DNA from: an uncultured Dehalococcoidia bacterium
Lineage (GTDB): Bacteria > Chloroflexota > Dehalococcoidia > Lucifugimonadales > CAJWER01
NCBI GenBank assembly: GCA_964608025.1
Contig: CAZSLO010000023.1
Coordinates: forward strand, 111,312 to 175,311
Direction of reading: 5' to 3'
DNA: 64,000 bases
The translations under genes were made by a program, and so were the position numbers. The notes beneath the pieces were generated by a model, which did not search any database, was not told the origin of the DNA, and saw only the letters and a program-made list of their open reading frames with translations. This document shows positions 55,932 to 64,000 of this stretch, in pieces. Position 1 is the first letter of the stretch. Every line of letters begins with the position of its first letter.

Positions 55932-56426
55932 ATGAGCATATCCTTAGCATTATTCTATGTGGCAGCGACCATAACGGTAGGTGCTGCTATTGCTGTAGTA
56001 GTTACACGGAATATTGTTTACGCGGCTTTTGGGTTACTGATTTCATTGATCGGGGCTGCAGCACTATTTCTAATTGCCTTCGCTGAATTCCTCGCACTGG
56101 TGCAGGTCTTGATATACGGAGGGGCAATTGTTGTTGTACTACTGTTCACCTTAATGCTTACAAGAATCGAGGATTTTGAACACCTTACAGACAATATACA
56201 GTGGCCCTTTTCAATCGTGGTATCGCTGATTTTATTTGGATTAATATCAACGTCAGCGATACTTACTGATATCTCGACTAGCGATCAGAAGGCTGTCGAT
56301 TTTGAGGTTTTAGGCAGGGTCCTATTTGTTGACTGGGCTGTACCTTTCGAGATCGCATCACTTGTACTCCTGGTCGCGCTGGTTGGCGCGATTATAATGG
56401 TGAGATCTACTGGGGGGCGCCAGTGA
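55932..56426 (+). CDS. nuoJ: NADH-quinone oxidoreductase subunit J
   Basis: 164-aa hydrophobic protein directly upstream of and overlapping nuoK. VQVLIYGGAIVVLLLF motif. Confidence 0.9.
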   Translation: MSISLALFYVAATITVGAAIAVVVTRNIVYAAFGLLISLIGAAALFLIAFAEFLALVQVLIYGGAIVVVLLFTLMLTRIEDFEHLTDNIQWPFSIVVSLILFGLISTSAILTDISTSDQKAVDFEVLGRVLFVDWAVPFEIASLVLLVALVGAIIMVRSTGGRQ

Positions 56427-56740
56427 TAGAGTTGGTTCACTTTCAGATAGTAAGTGCAGCATTGTTATCAATAGGTGTCTATGGAGTGCTGGCTAGGCGC
56501 AGTGCTGTATTGGTCTTAATGTCCATAGAGTTGATGCTGAATGCAGTAAACATAAATCTTATCGGGTACGCGGCCTTCGTCGATTTTACGGAATCCCAGA
56601 GGGCCTTTGGGCAGGTGCTTGTCATATTTGTTATTACGATTGCTGCCGCAGAGCTTGCTCTTGCCGTGGCTATCATTCTCCGACTCTACAGAAACAGGTC
56701 ATCTGTTAATCTCGACCAGATTGATATGATGAAATGGTGA
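56423..56740 (+). CDS. nuoK: NADH-quinone oxidoreductase subunit K
   Basis: About 100 aa with 3 TM helices. SIELMLNAVN motif containing the conserved Glu. Confidence 0.9.
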   Translation: MIELVHFQIVSAALLSIGVYGVLARRSAVLVLMSIELMLNAVNINLIGYAAFVDFTESQRAFGQVLVIFVITIAAAELALAVAIILRLYRNRSSVNLDQIDMMKW

Positions 56741-56766
56741 CATCAATAGTGAGGGTAGCTAGGTAG

Positions 56767-58647
56767 ATGCCGTTTGCGGATATCATTGGAGTAGAGTGGG
56801 CTTGGGTAATTCCAGCGTTAAGCGCCGTAGCCTTCACGTTAATAGTATTGGTAGGAAGGTGGCTTCCAGGTAAAGGTAGTTTCTTGGCTTTAGCCGCCAT
56901 TTTTATGGGTTTTGTGATCTTCTGGTACATCCTGGCAGATCTTCTTAACAATGGGGATAGAACACTTAGTATCGATTGGTTGGTATTAGGTGACACGACA
57001 ATAACTTGGGGTGTGGCCGTAGATCGCTTGTCTGTAACAATGGTCGGATTGATAACGTTTATTGCCCTGTTAGTCCAGATATATTCCATTGAATATATGC
57101 GGGGCGATCCCCGATTTGGTTGGTACTTCGGATCACACGCCCTCTTTTGTGCTGCGATGCTTACCTTAGTACTCGCGGATAATCTAGTGTTTCTTTATCT
57201 AGCATGGGAACTTGTAGGATTGGGTTCGTATTTGCTAATAGGTTTTTGGTACGAGAAAAGATCGGCGGCGGAGGCTGCTAAAAAAGCATTTCTTACAACT
57301 AGAATAGGTGATGTTGGTCTTCTCATTGGCATAATCATCCTATACAAAGCCACAGGTACCTTTAGTATCAGTGGTGTTATCCATGCAGTGGAGAATGGAT
57401 TAGCCTCCGGTGTTATATCACAGACCACAGTCAATGTTGCTTCATTTCTGATATTTCTTGGGGCGATGGGAAAATCTGCTCAATTTCCGTTTCATGTTTG
57501 GTTACCTGATGCGATGGAAGGTCCGACGCCTGTCAGCGCACTAATTCATGCTGCAACGATGGTCGCAGCAGGTGTGTTTCTTGTCGCCAGATTGATGCCT
57601 CTCTTTGAGATGGCCCCGGACGTCTTACTCATCGTTGCAACCGTTGGTTTATTCACATTCATGTTTGCTGGGACGCTTGCGTTGGTCATGACAGACCTAA
57701 AACGTGTCTTAGCCTACTCGACTATTAGTCACCTAGGCTTGATGATGCTTTCTCTAGGTGCGTTTGGTATGGCGGCAGCGATATTCCATCTATTGGTTCA
57801 TGGAATATCGAAAGCCCTACTTTTTCTTGCCGCTGGCAATATCACGCATGGAACTAATGAAACCGATATTAGGAGAATGGGTGGTCTTTGGCGAAAAATG
57901 CCCGTGACGGCGACGGTTTTCGTAATAGGAGCGGCTTCCCTATCCGGCTTAGTGCCGCTGAGTGGTTTCTTTAGTAAGGACGAAATCCTATTGGCCGTTT
58001 TAGAAAATCGAAATCCTGTATTCATCGTGATTACCTTGGTGACAGTGGCTCTCAGTGCTCTTTATATGGCTCGGGTAACATGCCTAGTATTTTTTAGCCC
58101 GAGACAAGTTGAATACGAGGGAGTCCACGAGCCTTCATGGATAATGAGATTCCCATTAATAATCTTGGCGTTTCTTGCCGTGATCATAGGGGGGATAGCG
58201 GTTAGTTGGGGAGATGGTTATCTCGGCTTCAACAACTTCCTTGGTGGCAAGGGCGAGTTCCACATTGAGCCTTGGCTGACCACTGTTTCTCTGGCATGTG
58301 TGGCGGGAGGGATTGCTGTTGCCTGGGCCATTTATGTTTACGAGAATACCCGCATGGCTAAGATGGTAAATTGGCCATCGTTCGCCCATAAGTTGCTAGT
58401 TAATAAATATTACATCGATGAAGTATATCAATGGCTGATTGATAAATTGGTAATGCGACTGGCCTTTTTTATAGCCCTGTTTGACCGTATTGTGGTAAAC
58501 GACACGGGTGTTGATGGGACTGCCTTTTCTGTCCGGGCATCAGCAGATGTGATTCGATATATTCAAACAGGCCGAATGTTTACCTATGCCATGGCTATGG
58601 TTATAGGGATCGTGTGTCTCGTATCGATCTGGTGGCTGGCCCTGTGA
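56767..58647 (+). CDS. nuoL: NADH-quinone oxidoreductase subunit L
   Basis: 626-aa antiporter-like subunit (WLPDAMEGPTPVSALIHAATMV) with a C-terminal extension. Confidence 0.9.
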   Translation: MPFADIIGVEWAWVIPALSAVAFTLIVLVGRWLPGKGSFLALAAIFMGFVIFWYILADLLNNGDRTLSIDWLVLGDTTITWGVAVDRLSVTMVGLITFIALLVQIYSIEYMRGDPRFGWYFGSHALFCAAMLTLVLADNLVFLYLAWELVGLGSYLLIGFWYEKRSAAEAAKKAFLTTRIGDVGLLIGIIILYKATGTFSISGVIHAVENGLASGVISQTTVNVASFLIFLGAMGKSAQFPFHVWLPDAMEGPTPVSALIHAATMVAAGVFLVARLMPLFEMAPDVLLIVATVGLFTFMFAGTLALVMTDLKRVLAYSTISHLGLMMLSLGAFGMAAAIFHLLVHGISKALLFLAAGNITHGTNETDIRRMGGLWRKMPVTATVFVIGAASLSGLVPLSGFFSKDEILLAVLENRNPVFIVITLVTVALSALYMARVTCLVFFSPRQVEYEGVHEPSWIMRFPLIILAFLAVIIGGIAVSWGDGYLGFNNFLGGKGEFHIEPWLTTVSLACVAGGIAVAWAIYVYENTRMAKMVNWPSFAHKLLVNKYYIDEVYQWLIDKLVMRLAFFIALFDRIVVNDTGVDGTAFSVRASADVIRYIQTGRMFTYAMAMVIGIVCLVSIWWLAL

Positions 58648-60188
58648 TGGAAACTGGATCTGGATTTCTGGACTCTAATTTACTGGTTGGGATTGTTGTG
58701 ATCCCGTTGGCTGCTGCTGCCTCATTCTTAGTGGTGCCTGTACAGCAACGCCAGACTATCAGAGTTATTGCTATAGTCGCGGCAACTGTCACGATGGCCC
58801 TCTCTTTTTACGTCTTTGGTCTTTATAGTCATGAAGAAGGCGGTTTTCAATTCCAGCGTTCATGGAATTGGCTAGAGTTGCCTGGGACATGGTTGCTTGG
58901 AGACCGTGGAATCACATTGTCTCTCGGGATTGATGGGATCTCGGCCTTGATGGTTTTGCTGACAGGAATAGTGATGTTCGCGGGCGTTATTGTCTCTTGG
59001 AACATTGGGCCCCGCAACAAAGACTTCTTCATACTATATTTTCTCCTAATTGCAGGAGTATTTGGAGTATTCGTAAGCCTAGATCTATTTTTCTTCTTCT
59101 TCTTTTATGAATTAGCAGTGCTGCCCATGTATCTCCTAATTGGAATTTGGGGTAGCAGTTCGGATTTCCGGATCTTTGTGCGCACCAAAGAATATAGCGC
59201 AATGAAGCTCATGTTATACCTGGTTGCTGGCAGCGTATTGATTTGGATAGCTTTGGTCGCTATTTTTGCGAAAGCTGATTTGGGGACTTTCAACTACGTA
59301 GCAATAATGAACGGTACTTCCTTTTCGCCTGAGTTCCAGCGATTTGTTTTTCCATTACTTATGGTTGGGTTTGGGGTTCTGGCGGGTATGTGGCCTTTTC
59401 ATACTTGGTCGCCGGATGGACATGTTGCGGCTCCAACTGCAGTTAGCATGGTACACGCTGGGGTACTCATGAAGCTTGGTGCTTATGGCATATTGAGGAT
59501 TGGTATAGGCCTGTTTCCTAGTGGTGCAGAAGATTGGATCCCGGTACTGATTGGACTGGGCACAGTTAATGTGATCTACGGTGCTATTTCTGCCATGGGA
59601 CAGCGTGATTTGAAGTACGTTGTCGGTTATTCCAGTGTTAGCCACATGGGATATGTGTTAATGGGGATTGCGACCCTTAACCATCTGGGTGTTACCGGTG
59701 CTGTGTTGCAGATGTTTTCCCATGGAATCATGACAGCCCTATTCTTCGCTGTCGTTGGTGCTATATATGATAGGACCCACACCCGTGAAGTGGCAGTGTT
59801 GGAAGGTATGGCGAAACGCATGGGTACCATCGCGGCCTTCTTTGTAATAGCAGGATTGACTTCGATCGGCCTCCCCGGACTAAGCGGCTTTGTTGCAGAG
59901 CTACTTGTATTTCTTGGGCTATTCCAAGTCTATCCGGTACTTGGTGTACTTGGGATTATAGGTGCTGCAATTACCGCGGTATATATTTTGCGTCTGATCG
60001 CGAAGGTATTTTTCGGTACGTTAGATGAACGGTGGGCTGCAAAAAGTGATTTTTCTAAGCCAGAAATTTTCTCCTCCTCGGTTCTTGTAGTATTCCTATT
60101 GTTGATGGGATTATTGCCGTTCCCATTCATAAGTACTATTGATGCTAGCGTTTTAACTTTGATCGGAGCTGTTACTGGATCAGGATGA
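58647..60188 (+). CDS. nuoM: NADH-quinone oxidoreductase subunit M
   Basis: Antiporter-like subunit (HTWSPDGHVAAPTAVSMVHAGVLMKLG). ATG shares 1 nt with the nuoL TGA. Confidence 0.9.
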   Translation: METGSGFLDSNLLVGIVVIPLAAAASFLVVPVQQRQTIRVIAIVAATVTMALSFYVFGLYSHEEGGFQFQRSWNWLELPGTWLLGDRGITLSLGIDGISALMVLLTGIVMFAGVIVSWNIGPRNKDFFILYFLLIAGVFGVFVSLDLFFFFFFYELAVLPMYLLIGIWGSSSDFRIFVRTKEYSAMKLMLYLVAGSVLIWIALVAIFAKADLGTFNYVAIMNGTSFSPEFQRFVFPLLMVGFGVLAGMWPFHTWSPDGHVAAPTAVSMVHAGVLMKLGAYGILRIGIGLFPSGAEDWIPVLIGLGTVNVIYGAISAMGQRDLKYVVGYSSVSHMGYVLMGIATLNHLGVTGAVLQMFSHGIMTALFFAVVGAIYDRTHTREVAVLEGMAKRMGTIAAFFVIAGLTSIGLPGLSGFVAELLVFLGLFQVYPVLGVLGIIGAAITAVYILRLIAKVFFGTLDERWAAKSDFSKPEIFSSSVLVVFLLLMGLLPFPFISTIDASVLTLIGAVTGSG

Positions 60189-61687
60189 ACGACCTTACTT
60201 TGTTACTTCCGGAGTTCCTTCTTGCAGCACTTGCGATCGCGGTGCTTTCTGCGGACTTGGGATTTCCGAACCGAATGAAATTAATGCTGCCGATTATGGC
60301 GGTAATTGGGCTCATTGCATTGTTTGGATTCTCACTGATATTCCTTTGGGGCACTACGGATTCGCTATATGGAGGATCGCTTGTTGTTGATGGATATTCG
60401 GTATTTTTTAAGGCATTTGCCATATTACTGGGAATAGTTGTGGTGCTCTCGAGTATGGAGTACGTAAAACGCCACCTGGAACACCCAGGTGAATACTATG
60501 GGATATTGCTGTTTACTGTTTTGGCAATGATGCTCATGGCAGCTTCTGGGGAGCTACTTACAGCATACATTTCTCTAGAACTCCTTAGCTTCGGCTTATA
60601 CGTCCTTGTATCGTTTGACCGCTACAACCCTAAATCTAACGAAGCTGGTGTCAAATACATACTCCTCGGTGCTTTCTCATCTGCATTACTACTGTATGGC
60701 ATCAGCCAGATATATGGCCAACTAGGCACAACTCGATTCAAGGAAATCAGCGAAGTAATCATGTCACTTCCCGACCAAAATCTTGGTTTACAGGTCGGGC
60801 TTGTTTTCTTAATTGCTGGCCTTGGATTCAAGGTAGCGGCAGTACCTTTCCATATGTGGGCCCCCGATGTTTACGAGGGTGCTCCTGTGCCAGTCACAGC
60901 ATACTTGTCTGTGGGATCAAAAGCCGCCGCGTTTGTCTTGGTGATTCGGATCTTTATCGAGGCATTGCTCCCGGCCATTGAGGACTGGCAGATCATAATG
61001 GCTGTAGGTGCCGCGCTTACGATGATGCTAGGTAACATAGTGGCCGTTGTGCAAACTAACATAAAACGCCTTCTTGCATATTCAAGCATTGGGCATGTTG
61101 GATATTTGCTCCTAGGGGTGGCTGCCTTGGCATCAGTTGATGGTAATGGCGATATTTCAGTCGAACTGTCTCGTTTGGCTATCAGTGGGATTTTGTTTCA
61201 TATTGTTGCCTATGCCATTGCAAATATGGCAGCCTTCTTATGTATTGGAACCGTATACAATATTTCTGGCAAGGACGGAATCGAGGATTTCACAGGTCTT
61301 GCTAAGAGATCCCCAGGCATGGCAATGGTAATGACCGCCGCCCTTTTTTCCTTAGCTGGCCTGCCGATATTCGCTGGCTTCACGAGTAAGTTTTACTTGT
61401 TCAACGTTGCTGCTGTACAGGGCCTGCTCTGGCTAGCAGGGATTGCTATATTTACAAGCCTGATTTCTCTTTATTACTACTTAATGGTAATTAGGCGTAT
61501 GTATATTGAGTCGACAGAAGACGAATTGCCTATTCAGTTGTCGAGACTCACATCGAGTCTCCTTGCTGTACTATTTTTGGGTATAGTGCTTCTTGGAATT
61601 TACCCGGCACCGTTAATGGACGTTATCTACTATGCTAGCGATGCGGTATTGTCTTCTGAAAGCGTTGTCGGATTGATATCTAATTAA
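60185..61687 (+). CDS. nuoN: NADH-quinone oxidoreductase subunit N
   Basis: Antiporter-like subunit (HMWAPDVYEGAPVPVTAYLSVGSK). ATGA overlap with nuoM. Confidence 0.9.
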   Translation: MNDLTLLLPEFLLAALAIAVLSADLGFPNRMKLMLPIMAVIGLIALFGFSLIFLWGTTDSLYGGSLVVDGYSVFFKAFAILLGIVVVLSSMEYVKRHLEHPGEYYGILLFTVLAMMLMAASGELLTAYISLELLSFGLYVLVSFDRYNPKSNEAGVKYILLGAFSSALLLYGISQIYGQLGTTRFKEISEVIMSLPDQNLGLQVGLVFLIAGLGFKVAAVPFHMWAPDVYEGAPVPVTAYLSVGSKAAAFVLVIRIFIEALLPAIEDWQIIMAVGAALTMMLGNIVAVVQTNIKRLLAYSSIGHVGYLLLGVAALASVDGNGDISVELSRLAISGILFHIVAYAIANMAAFLCIGTVYNISGKDGIEDFTGLAKRSPGMAMVMTAALFSLAGLPIFAGFTSKFYLFNVAAVQGLLWLAGIAIFTSLISLYYYLMVIRRMYIESTEDELPIQLSRLTSSLLAVLFLGIVLLGIYPAPLMDVIYYASDAVLSSESVVGLISN

Positions 61688-61908
61688 CAAGATCATTGAT
61701 AAAAATGAAGTTTGCGGCGTGAATGTATAGAAGCTAAGGGATTAGATATGATCCTTTAATAATTAAGTGATTCTAATCTCGACAATGGTTTTCGCCCACC
61801 GATTACATATCGGTGGACTTAATGCTCTATTGATGGACACTTGAGTCAGTCCTAGATACCATTGATCTGAATTACAGGAAAATATTCACAGGCAGGTATG
61901 TAAACAGA

Positions 61909-62676
61909 ATGGTTGATGAAACACGCGATGAGATGACATTAGAACGAGCCATGGTTGTGGTAGCCCATGCTGATGATGCCGAGTTTGGTTGCTCGGGAAC
62001 TGTTGCGAAATGGTGCGCTGAAGGTGTAGAGGTTGTCTACGTGCTTTGTACAGATGGTAGCAAGGGTTCCGAAGACCGTGATATTACGTCTGAAGAATTG
62101 GCTAATACTCGGAAAATTGAACAGATTGCAGCTGGGGAAGTGCTGGGTCTCAAGGATATTGCATTCTTGGGATACCCGGACGCATATCTTCAGCCTACAC
62201 TTGAGCTTAGGCGTGATATTGCTCGCGAGATACGGCGACATCGCCCTGATGTTGTGATCTGTATGTATCCTGCACGAAATCTTGATGGAGGCTGGGGTGT
62301 AGGCCATCCTGACCATATTGCATCTGGCGAGGCTACGCTGGCAGCTATATTCCCGACGGCGCGTGACCACCTAACCTTTCCTGAACTTCTTAAAGAGGGA
62401 CTGGAGCCTCACAAGGTGTCCGAAGCTTGGATCATGGGTCACCCAGAGCCTGATCATTGGATTGACGTAACAGAGCATTTGGAAACATCAATCAATGCCC
62501 TTGCTGAGCATACTTCTCAGATTGGTGGTAGAGATGAGGACATGATTAGTAAGTCCATGAAACAAGGGCGTAGGGATCGAGCTAAAGGTAAAGGAATGCT
62601 GTATGCAGAATCGTTTCGACGCATCTCATTCCAGCGCGGGCGGCCGGCTATACCTCCCTCTGCAACCAAGCCATAA
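61909..62676 (+). CDS. PIG-L/LmbE-family N-acetylglucosaminyl deacetylase
   Basis: AHADDAEFG zinc-binding motif and HPDH motif. 255 aa. Confidence 0.8.
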   Translation: MVDETRDEMTLERAMVVVAHADDAEFGCSGTVAKWCAEGVEVVYVLCTDGSKGSEDRDITSEELANTRKIEQIAAGEVLGLKDIAFLGYPDAYLQPTLELRRDIAREIRRHRPDVVICMYPARNLDGGWGVGHPDHIASGEATLAAIFPTARDHLTFPELLKEGLEPHKVSEAWIMGHPEPDHWIDVTEHLETSINALAEHTSQIGGRDEDMISKSMKQGRRDRAKGKGMLYAESFRRISFQRGRPAIPPSATKP

Positions 62677-62735
62677 CTCGGTCAGGCCATAAGATTCCTA
62701 GTGTCACTGGGTATCCAAAGTGGGAGTAGTGGAGG

Positions 62736-63518
62736 ATGATTTTGAGCAACACCGTTAGGCAAAAACTGAAATCGGGGGATGCAGTTGTAGGTACCCTCGC
62801 AGGTTTGGATCTCCCTGCCGCAAATCGCATCTTGGCCGAGTCTGGGTTCGACTTTATACTCATTGATACCCAGCATAGCTTCATAGACCCTACTATGCTG
62901 AGCCGTATGGTTCTTCAGATGGGCCATAAAGACATAATTGTACGCGTTATTTCCAACGAACCATGGCTTATAGGTCAGGCCCTCGATATTGGGGCCGATG
63001 GAGTCGTCGTTCCAATGACCGAAACTGCTGAAGATGTCGAACGGGCGATTCATGCGGCGAAATATCCACCGAGAGGGATGAGGAGTTGGGGTAGCTCGGC
63101 ACGTGCTGACAAATACGACGGAGTAGGCAGATATGCGGAGATTGCAAACGATGAAACACTGGTTTGGCCTCAGATAGAATCGGTTACTGCTGTAGAGAAC
63201 ATTGACGAAATTTTAGCTATTGATGGCGTGGATGGAATTATGATAGGACCTGCCGATCTTGGATTGACCATGGGGATTTTGCCCCATCAATGGAATGACG
63301 AACATGAAGCTATGATTCAACACATACTCGATAAATGTAATGAACATGGAATACCGTGGGGCATGTTCACCTCAACATATGAAATAGCAACAAAATGGTT
63401 GGAGCGTGGCGGGAAGATAGCCACTGTTGGGAATGAATTGGGTTTCCTGCAATCCGGCCTTACCGAAATAGACGCTAATATTCGATCCCTATTGGCGAGA
63501 ATCAATACCACAACATGA
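62736..63518 (+). CDS. HpcH/HpaI-family class II aldolase
   Basis: FDFILIDTQHS, VVVPM and GPADL motifs. 260 aa. Confidence 0.85.
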   Translation: MILSNTVRQKLKSGDAVVGTLAGLDLPAANRILAESGFDFILIDTQHSFIDPTMLSRMVLQMGHKDIIVRVISNEPWLIGQALDIGADGVVVPMTETAEDVERAIHAAKYPPRGMRSWGSSARADKYDGVGRYAEIANDETLVWPQIESVTAVENIDEILAIDGVDGIMIGPADLGLTMGILPHQWNDEHEAMIQHILDKCNEHGIPWGMFTSTYEIATKWLERGGKIATVGNELGFLQSGLTEIDANIRSLLARINTTT

Positions 63519-63674
63519 TTTTATAGCGATTTGCCCATTTCGTATGCTCAATAGATTGATTTATTCCCTGCTACCTTAATCGCAATAGCTTTAATTACAC
63601 CCTTACCACTACGGTCTCAATTGGCGCATCAAATTGCTTGCAAATTATAAAAAAAAGAATTATTTGTGAACAAT

Positions 63675-64000
63675 TCATTTGCGGAGCTCTAACATCAGCT
63701 TGATTGCTTTTGTCCGCGTTTCACTGTTGGTAAACTGTCCGTATCTAACAGCATATCCCAACTCTGATATAGCATCGGAGATATGGCCTTGTTCAGCCAA
63801 TATTACTCCGCGAAGGTAGTAAGCATCCGATAGGGATCGTTCCAACTCTAGGGCCTTGTTAAGTTCAATAAGTGCATCGCTCTGATTGCCTTCTGCGATA
63901 TATTCTTGTGCTTTGAATAAGCGTGTGTAGCCATTGTCAGGTAGGCGGGTGATACCAGCCAGGGATCCGATAAACAGGAATGCAATCAAAAACAGGATCA
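63675..64000 (-). CDS. Membrane-anchored TPR-repeat protein (5' end may lie beyond window)
   Basis: N-terminal hydrophobic helix then TPR-like repeats (AYYLRGVILAEQGHISDAISEL). Frame is open to the window edge. Confidence 0.55.
   Translation of the reverse strand, partial: ILFLIAFLFIGSLAGITRLPDNGYTRLFKAQEYIAEGNQSDALIELNKALELERSLSDAYYLRGVILAEQGHISDAISELGYAVRYGQFTNSETRTKAIKLMLELRK

Overview
This 64-kb window is chromosomal and densely coded. I saw no rRNA, CRISPR array, transposase or integrase. It contains about 55 protein genes and two tRNAs, tRNA-Ser(UGA) and tRNA-Pro(CGG).

Most genes are housekeeping:
- serS, ffh, sucCD, pyrG and rho
- hrcA-dnaJ-prmA-rsmE
- der-plsY-gpsA
- argF
- a 2-oxoacid dehydrogenase E1alpha/E1beta/E2-lipB operon
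- tig-clpP-clpX
- nuoJKLMN

These are interspersed with catabolic paralogs (amidohydrolase_2, SDR, FAD oxidoreductase, enolase superfamily, amidase, Zn-ADH, HpcH aldolase).

The synteny, frequent TTG/GTG starts and this paralog spectrum suggest a monoderm-type marine Chloroflexota (SAR202/Dehalococcoidia-like) genome. That is inference only.

The most interesting regions are:
1. A two-gene cell-envelope module at 21.2-26.0 kb. A cysteine-free 984-aa Ig-repeat S-layer candidate sits behind a long leader with two TTGACA promoters. It is followed by a 421-aa protein with Thr-Pro/Thr-Ala linkers and a PEP-CTERM-like VPLPS + TM + KRRRI tail.
2. A penicillin-acylase-family Ntn hydrolase with no obvious signal peptide. 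It is translationally coupled (ATGA overlap) to lipB at the end of the 2-oxoacid dehydrogenase operon, and is followed by an orphan 1220-aa FtsX-type permease.
3. rho and the E1beta gene, whose conserved N-terminal homology begins at non-canonical codons (CTG and ATC). Each codon is preceded by a good Shine-Dalgarno sequence.
4. A roughly 100-nt nested-helix element in the pyrG leader, behind a consensus promoter.
5. An OmpR-family regulator with a degenerate receiver domain.
6. A 770-bp AT-rich ORF-free tract in front of an isolated nuoJKLMN cluster.

All functional calls come from motif recognition by eye. No database search was run.
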